Assembly: GCA_963823075.1 (NCBI GenBank)
Contig: CAWGKE010000001.1
Coordinates: 1,395,868 to 1,459,867 of the forward strand
Source: an uncultured Planctomycetaceae bacterium
Lineage (GTDB): Bacteria; Planctomycetota; Planctomycetia; Gemmatales; Gemmataceae
Direction: 5' to 3'
DNA: 64,000 nt
Shown: positions 51,040-60,865 of the stretch, piece by piece
How positions within the stretch are numbered: position 1 is the stretch's first letter
Layout: every line of letters begins with the position of its first letter
Made by a program: the position numbers and the translations under genes
Notes under the pieces: generated by a model
Seen by the model: the letters and a program-made list of their open reading frames with translations, nothing else
What the model was told of the DNA's origin: nothing
Database searches by the model: none

Positions 51040-52700
51040 ATGTCCGTTTCCTTCCGCCCGCCCGACCCCCCGGGCCGCCACGTCCCCGCCGGGACGGCCG
51101 ACCCGACCTACCCCGCCCCCGACCCGCCGCAGCCCTGCGGCGGGCCGCCCCCCGCCCCGCCGGCCTTCGCCGAAGGGGGGCCGGAATGCGACGACTGCCC
51201 GGCCGATGACGACCTCGACGGGCCGCCCCCGGAAGCCCCTGGGCTGTCGGGACGTGTTCGCCCACCCGACCGCCGACCCGGACGCCGCCTGGCGCGGCCG
51301 CCGGAGGCCCCCGCCCCGCCCCTGACCGCCGAACAGCGTCTGCTGCTGCTGGACGCCTGGCGGCGCAGCGGCCTGCCCGCCGGCGACTTCGCCCCCCTCG
51401 TCGGCGTCTCCAAACACACCCTCTACGACTGGAAACGCCGCTTCGAGGCCGAGGGGCCGGCGGGCCTGCAAGACAAGCCCCGCGGCTCCCCGCGCGGCAG
51501 CCGCCTGCCCGAGGTCACCAAGCGCGCCATCCTGATGATGAAGCAGGACAACCCGGATTGGGGCTGCGAGCGCATCAGCGCCCTGCTGCTCCGCGGCCCC
51601 GCACTGCCCGCCAGCCCCCAGGCCGTCGCCCACGTCCTGCACGAGGCCGGGTACGAGACCGAGGAAGCGCCCACGCACCCTCACGCGCCGCCCGTGCATC
51701 ATTTCGAGCGCGCCCGTCCCAACCAGTTGTGGCAGACCGACTTGTTCACCTTCGTCCTGAAGCGGCAGAACCGGCGCGTCTACCTCGTCGCCTTCCTGGA
51801 CGACCACAGCCGCTTCCTGGTCGGCTACGGCCTGCACGCCAGCCAGTCGGCCGCCCTGGTGCTGGAGGTCTTCCGCGCCGCCCTGGCGAGCTACGGGGCG
51901 CCGGAGGAGGTGCTGACCGACAACGGCAGCCAGTACGTGACCTGGCGCGGCAAGAGCGCCTTCAGCAAGGAGCTGGAGAAGCGGGGGGTGCGCCAGGTGG
52001 TCGCCGCGCCGCGGCACCCGCAGACGCTGGGCAAGATCGAGCGGTTCTGGGGGACGCTGTGGCGGGAGTGCGTCGAGGCGGCGGTGTTCCTCGACCTGGG
52101 GGACGCCCAGCGCCGCATCGGCCTGTTCATCGACCATTACAACTTCCAACGGCCGCACCGGGGGATCGGTGGTCTGGTCCCGGCCGACCGCTTCTTCGGG
52201 GCGGCCCCCGAGGTGCTGCGGACGCTGCAGGCGCGGGTGGCGGGCAACGCCCTGGCGCTGGCGCGGCACGGCACGCCGCGGGAGCCGTTCTACCTGACGG
52301 GGCAGGTGGGGGGCAAGCCGTTCAGCCTGCACGCCGAGGGGGAGCGGGTGATTCTGACGGGGGCGGAGGGGACGCGGAAGGAGATCGACCTGACTCCGCC
52401 CGCGCCGGCGGCCGCTGCCCCGCCGCCTCCCGCGGCACCGCCGGCCGTGGAGCAACGTTCCGCGCCGGCGGCGGCCGGGCCGTCGGCGTTGCCGCAGCCG
52501 GTCTGTCCGCAGGGCGTGGTCGCGGGCATCCACCCCGGCGACGTTCAGGACCCTCCGCCGCCGCTCGACTCTACTCCCCTTGGGGAGATCACGGACTTCG
52601 AGCAGCTCCAGCATGGGCCTGAGGGTCGCCGGCTTGCGCACCGCTGTAGAGACATTGGGGGGGGCTTTCGTGGCTTTCTTGCGCGGCGCCATGGGGCGAT
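51040..52700 (+). CDS. IS481-family (rve integrase-core) transposase; no stop codon before the next gene
   Basis: HTH region LLLLDAWRRSGLPAGDFAPLVGVSKHTLYDWKRRF. DDE core WQTDLFTF...LDDHSRFLV...TDNGSQY. The frame stays open until 53727. Confidence 0.7.
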
Positions 52701-52857
52701 CTCCGGTTGCGGACTCGGCGAAGGGACTGAGAGAGGAAGCTGCCCGACCCGCCGGGCGGACGCAAGCGAAATCCGAAAAATCAGGCCCTCCCTCGCTCTT
52801 GCGATCCGGTATAATCGCCGATTGGAGGTCGGCGCATCCGGCGAAGGGGGACGACTC

Positions 52858-53727
52858 ATGCGACGCAGCATCGGCGTGGGCGCGGCGGTCCTGGCGTTGA
52901 CCGCGGCCCTGGTTCGGGCGGACGATCCCGCGGACAAGGCGGCCGCGCGCAAGCAGGCGGCGGAGGCCGCCTGGACGACGGCAGGCGGCGGCGAATTCTC
53001 TACTTTGGAGACGGACCACCTGCTGATCTACGCCCCCAAGGACTGGGACAAGCGACTCAAGGAGTTGGGGACGCTGCTGGAAAAGCAGTACGCCCAGGCG
53101 AAGTCGGCGCTGGGTTACGACGACAAAACGGACCCGTTGCCGGCCAAAGCGACGGTCTTCGTCTTTGGGGAGCGCGAGCAGTTCACCGCGTTCGTGCGGC
53201 GGGTCGATAAGCAGCGGCTGGACTCCGACGACGCGGCCAGCTTCAACGGAGAGGACGACGCGCTGCACGTCGCGGCCGGCCCGGCGCGGGCGAAGTCGGA
53301 CCTCGGTCAGGAGGGCGAGACGGCGGAGCAGCTGGCGGCGCTGATGCTGGCCCGCAAGGCCGGCCTCAAGACCATCCTGCCCGGCTGGCTGTCGGACGGC
53401 TTCGGGCGGGCCACCTACTACCACGCCGTCGGCGGGCCGAAAACGGCGGCGGATCGACGCGAGGCGGCCGCCTGGGCCGCCAAGGGCAGCGCCAAGGACG
53501 TGTGGAACGGCAACATCGACGCGGACAAGTCGGTGGTTCTGGAGGGCAGCCTGGCGGACTACTTCGCCTACGGACCCGGCGCCAGCAAGTTTGGGGAGCT
53601 GCTCAAGGGCTTCATGCCCGAGGAGAACGTCGCCCGGCAAACCACGGAGCACGCGCTGGACGCGGCCGGCCTGACGCCGGATCGCATCGAGAAGTCGTGG
53701 AAAGTCTGGGCGGCGGCGGCGAGGTAA
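52858..53727 (+). CDS. Secreted hypothetical protein
   Basis: Internal ATG at 52858, with the signal peptide MRRSIGVGAAVLALTAALVRA. About 289 aa. Confidence 0.5.
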   Translation: MRRSIGVGAAVLALTAALVRADDPADKAAARKQAAEAAWTTAGGGEFSTLETDHLLIYAPKDWDKRLKELGTLLEKQYAQAKSALGYDDKTDPLPAKATVFVFGEREQFTAFVRRVDKQRLDSDDAASFNGEDDALHVAAGPARAKSDLGQEGETAEQLAALMLARKAGLKTILPGWLSDGFGRATYYHAVGGPKTAADRREAAAWAAKGSAKDVWNGNIDADKSVVLEGSLADYFAYGPGASKFGELLKGFMPEENVARQTTEHALDAAGLTPDRIEKSWKVWAAAAR

Positions 53728-54882
53728 TCAGCCGACGATTTCCGCCAGCGCCGCGGCCAGGGCGTCCACGTCTTCGGCGGTGTTGAACGGCCCGGTGCTG
53801 ACGCGGACGGTCCCGTCCTTGTCGCTGTCCTTGACGTAGGCGCCGAGGGCGCGGTGGATGTACGGGGAGCAGTGCAGTCCGGGCCGGACGGCGATGCCGA
53901 ACTGGGAGTCGAAGATCGCGCCAGCTCCAGCGCCGGCATCGCCTCGGCCCGGAAGCTCAGCGTGCTGACCCGCCGCGCGGCGTCGCCGCCGCCGTACACC
54001 GTGACGCCGGCCATCTCCTCCAGCCGCCGGCGCAGGCGCTCGATCAGCTCCATTTCCCGAGCGTGAATGCGTTCGATTCCCTGCTCCTGCACCCAGCGGA
54101 CGCCGGCCGCCAGCCCCGCCACGCCGAGGACGTTGGGCGTGCCGCCTTCGAGGAAATGGGGGAATTCGACCGGCTGCGTCTCGCTGGACGAGTCGCCGCC
54201 GGTGCCGCCCTCGCGCCAGGCCCGCAGCACGGCGCGGGGACCGACGTACAAAGCCCCGGTGCCGGTCGGCCCCATCAGCGACTTGTGGCCGGGGAAAGCG
54301 AGCAGGTCGATGTTCATTTGCCGCACGTCGATCGGCACGACCCCCGCCGTCTGCGCCGCATCCACGAGAAACAGCAGATCGTGTTCGCGCACGATGCGGC
54401 CGACCTCGCCGACCGGCTGGACCGTGCCGAGGACGTTGCTGGCGTGGGTCAGGGCGACAAGGCGCGTGCGCGGCATGATCGCCCGGCGCACGTCGTCGGG
54501 ACTGACGTAGCCGTCGCCGTCGGCCCGGAGACGTGTGAGAGTTATGCGACCGTCTTTCTCCATCGCGCGCAGCGGACGGCTGACGCTGTTGTGTTCGAGG
54601 TCGGTGGTGACGACGTGATCGCCCGCGTTGAGGACGCCTTTGAAGGCCATGTTGAGGGCGTCGGTGCAGTTGAGGGTGAAGACGAAGCGCTTGGCCCCCT
54701 CGCCGTGGAAGAACTGGTTGAGGAGGTGCCGGCCGTTGTTGAGGGCGTCCTCGGCCTCGCGGGCCATCTTGTGGCCGGCGCGGCCGGGGTTGGCGAGGCT
54801 CTTGCGCGAAGGCGTCGAGGGCCTGGTAGACAGACTCCGGTTTGGGATAACTGGTAGCGGCGTTGTCGAGATAGATCATCAC
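53728..54882 (-). CDS. Cysteine desulfurase-family class V aminotransferase (at least two frameshifts)
   Basis: N-terminus MMIYLDNAATSYPKPESVYQAL. PLP region FPGHKSLMGPTGTGALY in the 53568..54767 frame. C-terminal end GLHCSPYIHRALGAY..VRVSTGPFNTAEDVDAL returns to the first frame. Confidence 0.65.
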   Translation of the reverse strand: MMIYLDNAATSYPKPESVYQALDAFAQEPRQPRPRRPQDGPRGRGRPQQRPAPPQPVLPRRGGQALRLHPQLHRRPQHGLQRRPQRGRSRRHHRPRTQQRQPSAARDGERRSHNSHTSPGRRRRLRQSRRRAPGDHAAHAPCRPDPRQQRPRHGPAGRRGRPHRARTRSAVSRGCGADGGGRADRRAANEHRPARFPRPQVADGADRHRGFVRRSPRRAAGLARGRHRRRLVQRDAAGRIPPFPRRRHAQRPRRGGAGGRRPLGAGAGNRTHSRSGNGADRAPAPAAGGDGRRHGVRRRRRRAAGQHAELPGRGDAGAGAGAIFDSQFGIAVRPGLHCSPYIHRALGAYVKDSDKDGTVRVSTGPFNTAEDVDALAAALAEIVG

Positions 54883-54903
54883 AGGCTCTCACTTCATCCG
54901 CGC

Positions 54904-55512
54904 TCACGGCAAGATTTCACGGACGGGGATGCGGGCGATCTCGCTGCCATCGAGGACGAGGGGGATGGATTCATCGACGGTGAAGTCGCGGCGGGTGCGG
55001 TAGGACGGTGAACGACCCGTCTTCGGCTCGGTGTAAACCTCCACGCGCCGGTTGACCAAATTGACGATCCAGTACACCGCAATGCGGGCCTGGGCGTACA
55101 GGGGGCCTTTGGCGTCTCGGTCGTATGCCACGGTGGCGTCGGCTACCTCAACGAGCAAAGCGATGTCCTTTGGGCCGGGATGCCGCCGGTCGTAGGTTTC
55201 CTCGGAGCCTATCGCAATTACGATGTCGGGTTCCGGCTCGCTGTCCTTTAGCGTGATCGCGCTTTGAACACGGACGCTCCATTCCTCGGAAAGGAGGCGG
55301 TACAGGCGTCGTGTGAGCCGAGCGACGGCAGAGTCATGGGGCGGCTTGTGTGTCATTTTGCGAACAATCCAGCCCTTGAACAGTTCGACCCGGACATCGG
55401 GCTTGAAGATTCCCAGATCGATCATGCGGTGATACTGATCGACCGTGAAGCGGTGATAGCGAACGGCTTCCGCCGCCGTTTGGGTCGGCGGCGCGGCAAC
55501 GGCGACGTTCAT
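54904..55512 (-). CDS. Uma2-family (DUF820) PD-(D/E)xK endonuclease
   Basis: 202 aa. YELIDG-like EL..G motif and a PD-(D/E)xK core (PDIVIA...EVAD), characteristic of Uma2. Confidence 0.6.
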   Translation of the reverse strand: MNVAVAAPPTQTAAEAVRYHRFTVDQYHRMIDLGIFKPDVRVELFKGWIVRKMTHKPPHDSAVARLTRRLYRLLSEEWSVRVQSAITLKDSEPEPDIVIAIGSEETYDRRHPGPKDIALLVEVADATVAYDRDAKGPLYAQARIAVYWIVNLVNRRVEVYTEPKTGRSPSYRTRRDFTVDESIPLVLDGSEIARIPVREILP

Positions 55513-55536
55513 GGCTCTGCTCCCTTGATACTTTCA

Positions 55537-56571
55537 TCAATGCCCGACGTATTTAGCATACAGCGTCCGCGCCCGCTCCACGTCGCTGGTGCCCTTGATG
55601 ATGGCCCGGCCGTCGGGGAAGACCGTGAACTCGCAGCTTTCCGCGTTGAATTTCAGGAGAAAGCGGTTGTAATGCACCTCGCCGAGCGGCCCCAGTTGCC
55701 GGGCCATGTCCTCGAAGTTCAGGCGCGACGGCGCCCGCTGCGACACCTGCACGGCGTTGCGGCCGCACAGGCTCGTCGTCTGCGAGCCGTGTTCGCCGTC
55801 CAGCCACTCGAACCGCCGACGCCGGCAGCACGGGCAATCGACCTTGCCCAACAGCGGCGCCATCTTGATGCGCCGCTGCACGTTCTCCCACACGTCGAAA
55901 TACAGCAGCTCACGGTTGATCTGGTCGCGCTTGCCGACGAGGATTTTGATGGCCTCGGCCGCCTGATAGCTGGCGATGATGTTGACGATCGGCCCCAGGA
56001 CGCCGGTCGTCTCGCAGGTGCCGGCCTCGCCGGGGGCCGGCGCCGCCTCGAAGACGCAGCGCAAACACGGCGTCTCGTTCGGCAGGATCGTCATCGTCTG
56101 GCCGTGGCTGCCGATGCAGCCGCCGTAAACCCACGGCTTGTTCAGCTTCACCGCGGCGTCGTTGATGAGATATCGGACCTCGAAATTGTCGCTGCCGTCG
56201 AGGATCAGGTCGGCGTCCTGCACCAGCTCCAGAATGTTCGTGCGGTCGATGTCCGCCACCACCGGCTCGACGTGGACGCTGGAGTTGATCGCCCCCAGCT
56301 TGCGGGCGGCGGCCTCCGCCTTGGGCAGTCTCTCCGCCACGTCGTGTTCATCGAACAGCACCTGGCGCTGGAGATTGCTCGTCTCGATGAAGTCGCGGTC
56401 GATGAGCCGCAGATGGCCGACGCCGGCGCGGACCAGCGCGTTGGCCAGCACCGTGCCGAGGGCGCCGCAGCCGCACAGCGTCACCCGCGCGTCCAGCAGC
56501 TTGCGCTGGCCGACCTCGCCGACGCCGTAGAAGCGCATCTGCCGGCTGTACCGCTCCAGGGATTCGTCCAT
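55537..56571 (-). CDS. ThiF/MoeB/MoeZ-type E1-like sulfur-carrier adenylyltransferase
   Basis: Start MDESLERYSRQMRF. Glycine-rich nucleotide loop GCGALGTVLANAL. Region CxxC CLRC...CPCC. C-terminal ~100-aa extra domain. Confidence 0.8.
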   Translation of the reverse strand: MDESLERYSRQMRFYGVGEVGQRKLLDARVTLCGCGALGTVLANALVRAGVGHLRLIDRDFIETSNLQRQVLFDEHDVAERLPKAEAAARKLGAINSSVHVEPVVADIDRTNILELVQDADLILDGSDNFEVRYLINDAAVKLNKPWVYGGCIGSHGQTMTILPNETPCLRCVFEAAPAPGEAGTCETTGVLGPIVNIIASYQAAEAIKILVGKRDQINRELLYFDVWENVQRRIKMAPLLGKVDCPCCRRRRFEWLDGEHGSQTTSLCGRNAVQVSQRAPSRLNFEDMARQLGPLGEVHYNRFLLKFNAESCEFTVFPDGRAIIKGTSDVERARTLYAKYVGH

Positions 56572-56573
56572 TG

Positions 56574-56912
56574 CTACGCTTCGCCTCCGTCGCCGACGCC
56601 GAAGTCCGTGAGAAACGTCTTGAGGAACTGGGTCAGCTGTTTGGGCCATTTCTCGCTCCGGCCGAAGGCGGCGAGGCAAGTCATGTCCTCGCGCACCCTT
56701 CGCAGCCGGTCCCCGTCGAGCCGCTGGAGATAGCCTGCCACGTACTCCAGCGCCTCCTCGGCGGCGGCGGGGTGGACGACGTTTTCATCCGAACCGGAGA
56801 GGAAAACGGCGGAATGAAGCACAGCCAGCAGCAGCGGATCGGCGCCCAGCTCCGCCGGGATGAGCGGAAAAACGGCGGCGCCGTCGGGGGCCTCGTCGGG
56901 TCGGTCAGCCAC
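56574..56912 (-). CDS. Hypothetical protein (possible operon member)
   Basis: 112-aa ORF. Overlaps the moaD end by 8 nt and the E1 start by 4 nt. No domain recognised. Confidence 0.3.
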   Translation of the reverse strand: MADRPDEAPDGAAVFPLIPAELGADPLLLAVLHSAVFLSGSDENVVHPAAAEEALEYVAGYLQRLDGDRLRRVREDMTCLAAFGRSEKWPKQLTQFLKTFLTDFGVGDGGEA

Positions 56913-57177
56913 CGGCCACCGCGGGGATGATCGCCACCTCGTCGCCGTCCTTGACCGGCGTGGCGAGGTTGTCCAGATAGCGCACGTCCTCGTTGTTGAC
57001 GTAGAGGTTGATGAACGGCCGCACCTTGCCGTTCTGGAAGATGCGCTCGGCGAGGGCGGGGTACTTGGCGCCCAGGTCGGCCAGCGCCGCCTGCACCGTG
57101 CCGCCGGACACCTCCACCGTCGTCTTGCCGTCGGTGTGTTGCCGCATGGGCGTCGGAATCTGAACTTTGATCGCCAT
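56905..57177 (-). CDS. MoaD/ThiS-family sulfur carrier protein
   Basis: 90 aa with C-terminal GG. Beta-grasp length. Confidence 0.8.
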   Translation of the reverse strand: MAIKVQIPTPMRQHTDGKTTVEVSGGTVQAALADLGAKYPALAERIFQNGKVRPFINLYVNNEDVRYLDNLATPVKDGDEVAIIPAVAGG

Positions 57178-57240
57178 GAAGACTCCTTTTCGGTCGAAAA
57201 TAGGTCTTATGGGTCCTATGAGTCCTATAAGACGCCCCCG

Positions 57241-58533
57241 TCACGCCAGCGCCGGTTCACGGCTGCCTTCCACCAACGGCTCGAACTCCTCCAGCCTCGG
57301 CCCGATCACCGCCGGCTGTTCCAGCAGGTCGGCCACCGCCTCCTGCGTCTTCAGGCCGTTGCCGGTGATGCACACCACGATCTCCTCGTCGCGGCCGATG
57401 CGGCCCTGCTCGAGCAGCTTGCGCGTCACCGCCAGCGTCACGCCGCCGGCCGTCTCCGCGAAGATGCCTTCGGTGCGGCCCAGCAGCGCCATCGCCTCGG
57501 CGATCTCCGCGTCGCTCACGTCCTCGGCCCAGCCGCCCGAGTCGCGGATCACCTTGGCCGCGAAGTAGCCGTCGGCCGGGTCGCCGATCGCCAGCGACTT
57601 GGCGATGGTGTTCGGCCTGCCGCACCGGCTTGTGCGCCTCCCAGCCGTTCTTGACCATCGTGCTGATCGGGCTGCAACCGCTCGGCTGGGCGCCGTGGAA
57701 CTTGCACTGCGGCTTCGCCGATCAGGCCGGTCTTGTGCAGCTCGCGGAACGCCTTGTCGATCTTGCCGATCAGGCTGCCGCCGGCCATCGGGCAGACGAC
57801 GTGCCGCGGCGTCCGCCAGCCGAGCTGCTCGGCGATCTCGAAGCCGAACGTCTTCGACCCCTCGGCGTAGTACGGCCGCAGGTTGATGTTGACGAAGCCC
57901 CAGCCGTACTTGAACGCCACCTGCGTACAGAGACGATTGACCTCGTCATAGGTGCCCCTGACGCCGACGACCTTCGCCCCGTAGACGCTGGTGCCGAGAA
58001 TCTTGGCCCGCTCCAGGTCGGCCGGCACGAAGATGTAGGCGTTCGAGGCCGGCCGCGGCGGCTTGGCGGCGACGCTGTTGGCGAGGTTGCCGGTCGAGGC
58101 GCAGCCGACGGTCGTGAAGCCGAACTCGCGGGCCTTGCTCAGGGCCACCGCCACGACGCGGTCCTTGAACGACAGCGTCGGGTAGTTGACGGCGTCGTTC
58201 TTGAGCCAGAGACGCTCGACGCCCAGCTCCGCGGCCAGGCGGTCGGCCCGGACCAGCGGCGTGCCGCCGACCTGGCGGCCGACGGTCGGCTCGCCGTCCA
58301 GCGGCAGGAACTCCGCGTAGCGCCACATATTGATTGTAGCGGGATTCGATCTTGCCGCGGCTGACGGCCTCGGCGATGGCGTCGTAGTCGTAATCGACTT
58401 CGAGCGGGCCGAAATCCTCGGTGCAGAAGTTGAGGGGGGAGGCCGGGTAGGCGTGGCCGCACAGGCGGCACTTCAGGCCGCGAACGAACGGGGAAGACAC
58501 GGAGCATACCCTCCAAACGACGGATGAACCCAT
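57241..58533 (-). CDS. Threonine synthase-like PLP enzyme (ThrC family; candidate MetM-type O-phosphohomoserine sulfhydrylase). Two frameshifts
   Basis: N-terminal Zn-ribbon-like CRLCGH..FC. PLP-lysine motif LSFKDR. Three frames join at about 58325 and about 57560-57700. Confidence 0.65.
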
Positions 58534-58650
58534 CACGCGCGGAGGTGCGTATCGTCCAGAGGAGGGATTGTGTAGCACAAGCTTAAGCTTGTGCCACAAC
58601 GAGAGAAGAAGAGGCGTGCGGGGCACACGATCTTATCTCTCCCGGCCGCG

Positions 58651-58739
58651 GCCGGGTAGGAGGTAGCACCAGCGTTTCCCTTGCGGAAAACCGGTTGCTG
58701 TGGCTTCACAGGGCCCAGTCCCTCAGCCACTCTGGATAA
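58651..58739 (-). ncRNA. SAM-I (S-box) riboswitch
   Basis: On the minus strand: CTTATCCAGAGTGGCTGAGGGACTGGCCCTGTGAAGCCACAGCAACC...GCTGGTGCTACCTCC...AGAGATAAG. P1 is CTTATC/GATAAG, and the conserved GAGGGA, GCAACC and GGTGC cores are present. It lies in the leader of the thrC-like gene. Confidence 0.85.
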
Positions 58740-58946
58740 GATACCCACCAAGTTGTCCTTAGAATCTTAGAAAGGCCGGCCGCGAAGGGCAATGGCGCTC
58801 CCGGAGATTTTGCCGAAATGCGGCCGCCGCGTCCCGCAAAATCGTTTTTGGCGCGGACCGTCGGCCCCGCCTATTCTTGCGGCAGCGCCCCCTCCGCCGT
58901 AAAATGATCTCGGTGAGCCTCATCCTTCGCCCCCCAGGAGCGCCGC

Positions 58947-59372
58947 ATGACCCGCAAGCCGCCGAAGACCGCGGTGGTCGCGTTCAAGGTGGAACGAGAG
59001 CTGGCCGACCTGCTCAATAAACTTCCTAACAAGAGCGCCTTCATCCGCAAAGCCATCGCCGCCCAGCTCGGCGTCGCCTGCCCGCTCTGCAAGGGCCAGG
59101 GCGTCCTGTCGCGCGGCGTCCACGACCATTTCGCCCCGCTCCTGGCCCGCTTCAGCTCGTACAACTGCGACGGCTGCGGCGACGAGCTGAACCTGCCGCT
59201 CGACGCCGGCGACCTCGCCGACGACCACCGCACCCGCCTCGAACAGTTCTTCCTCGGCGGACCGCTCTTCTGCGACGGCTGCTACGACAAGGCCCCGACC
59301 TGCGACGACTGCGGCTGGCACATCCCGCCCGACCGCGTCGCCGAGCATCACCAAAAGGTCCATCCCGATTGA
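58947..59372 (+). CDS. Ribbon-helix-helix (CopG-like) protein with a Cys-rich C-terminal domain
   Basis: N-terminal RHH AVVAFKVERELADLLNKLPNKSAFIRKAIAAQL. The C-terminus has CPLCKG, CDGCGD, CDGCYD and CDDCGWH. Confidence 0.55.
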   Translation: MTRKPPKTAVVAFKVERELADLLNKLPNKSAFIRKAIAAQLGVACPLCKGQGVLSRGVHDHFAPLLARFSSYNCDGCGDELNLPLDAGDLADDHRTRLEQFFLGGPLFCDGCYDKAPTCDDCGWHIPPDRVAEHHQKVHPD

Positions 59373-59493
59373 CGCCAGCCGACTCGACGCCCTCCGCCGC
59401 GACCTCGCCGCGCCGCTGCCGCACCCCGGCCCCGATGCGCTGCGCGCCTCCGGCCTCCAGGCGCTGGACTGGCTGCTGAATCACCACGCCACA

Positions 59494-60839
59494 TTGCCGG
59501 ATCAGCCCATCGGCCGCTCCGCCTCGCGGGCCGAGATGGAACGCCTCCTCCGCGAGCCGCCGCCGGAAGAGGGCCGCGACTTCGCCGCCGTCCTCGCCGA
59601 GTTCGCCGACAAGGTCGCCCCCTTCGCGATCCGCGTCAACCACCCGCGCTTCCTGGCCTTCGTGCCGGGGGCGCCGACCTTCCTTTCCGTTATAGGCGAT
59701 CTTCTTTGTGCTGGAACTAACTTCTTCGCCGGCGTCTGGCTGGAAGCGGCCGGGCCGACGGAAGTGGAATTGGTCGTCCTCGACTGGTTCCGCGAGTTCC
59801 TCGACATGCCGCCGGGGACGATGGGGATTCTCACCGGCGGCGGTTCCGAGGCCAACCTGACCGCCCTGGTCGTGGCCCGCGAACGGCTGTCCGAGGAGGA
59901 GCGCGGCCGGGCCGTCCTGTACGTCGCCGAGCAGCGGCACTGGTCCGTCGATCGGGCCGCGAAGATCATGGGCCTTCGGCCGAACCAGCTGCGGCCCGTG
60001 CCGGCCGACGACGACTTCCGCCTGACGCCGGCCGCCCTGGCGCGGGCGGTCGTCCGGGACCGGCGGGAGGGGCTGCGGCCGTGGGCCGTCGTCGCCAACG
60101 CCGGCACGACCAACACCGGGGCCGTCGATCCGCTCGGGCCGCTGGCCGACCTGTGCGCCGCGGAGCGGCTGTGGCTGCACGTCGATGCGGCCTACGGCTG
60201 GACGGCGGTGCTGACGCCGGAGGGCCGCGACGAGCTGGCCGGCATCGGCCGGGCCGACTCGGTGACGCTGGACCCGCACAAGACGCTGGCCCAGACCTTC
60301 GAGGCAGGCTGCGTGCTGGTGCGCGACGGCCGGCTGCTGCGGCAGGCGTTCACGCTGCGGCCGGAGTACATGCAGGACGTGGCGCCGGCCGACGACGAGG
60401 TGAACTTCGCCGACCACGGGATCGCCCTGACGCGGCGGTTCCGGGCGCTGAAGATCTGGCTGTCGATGAAGGTGCTGGGCGTCGGCTGGTTCCGGGCGCT
60501 GGCGGAGCGCTGCCGACGGCTGGCGGAGTATGCGCAGGCGCTGCTGGAACGGGACGGCCGTTTCGAGATGCTGTCGCCGCGGCGGCTGAGCATCGTCTGT
60601 TTCCGCTTTGCACCGCCGCGGGTCGCGCGTCGAAGAGCCGGACTCTGGATCGTCTGAATCTGGCACTGATCGATGCGGTGCGGGCGACGGGGCGGGCGTT
60701 CCTGTCCTCGACGCGGCTGCGGGGACGGACGGCGATCCGCTTCTGCTTCGTCAACTGGCGGACCACAGCGGCCGACGTGGAAGAGGTGGTGCGGCTGCTG
60801 GCGGCGCTGGGGGAGGAACTGGCGAGCCGGGTCGCGTAG
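59494..60839 (+). CDS. Group II PLP-dependent decarboxylase (aromatic-L-amino-acid/glutamate decarboxylase family), frameshift near 60625
   Basis: LTGGGSEANL, HVDAAYGW and LDPHKTL motifs. The true N-terminus probably extends upstream into about 59370 in the same frame. The C-terminal 60 aa continue in the 60081..60839 frame. Confidence 0.65.
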
Positions 60840-60865
60840 CGCCGGAGATGGTTTCAGTCGCGGGG

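Noticed and set aside
56574-57244. Long overlapping ORFs 56681..57244(-) and 56860..57654(+) around moaD
   Set aside because: Off-frame. The 90-aa MoaD frame ending in GG and the ThrC frames explain the region.
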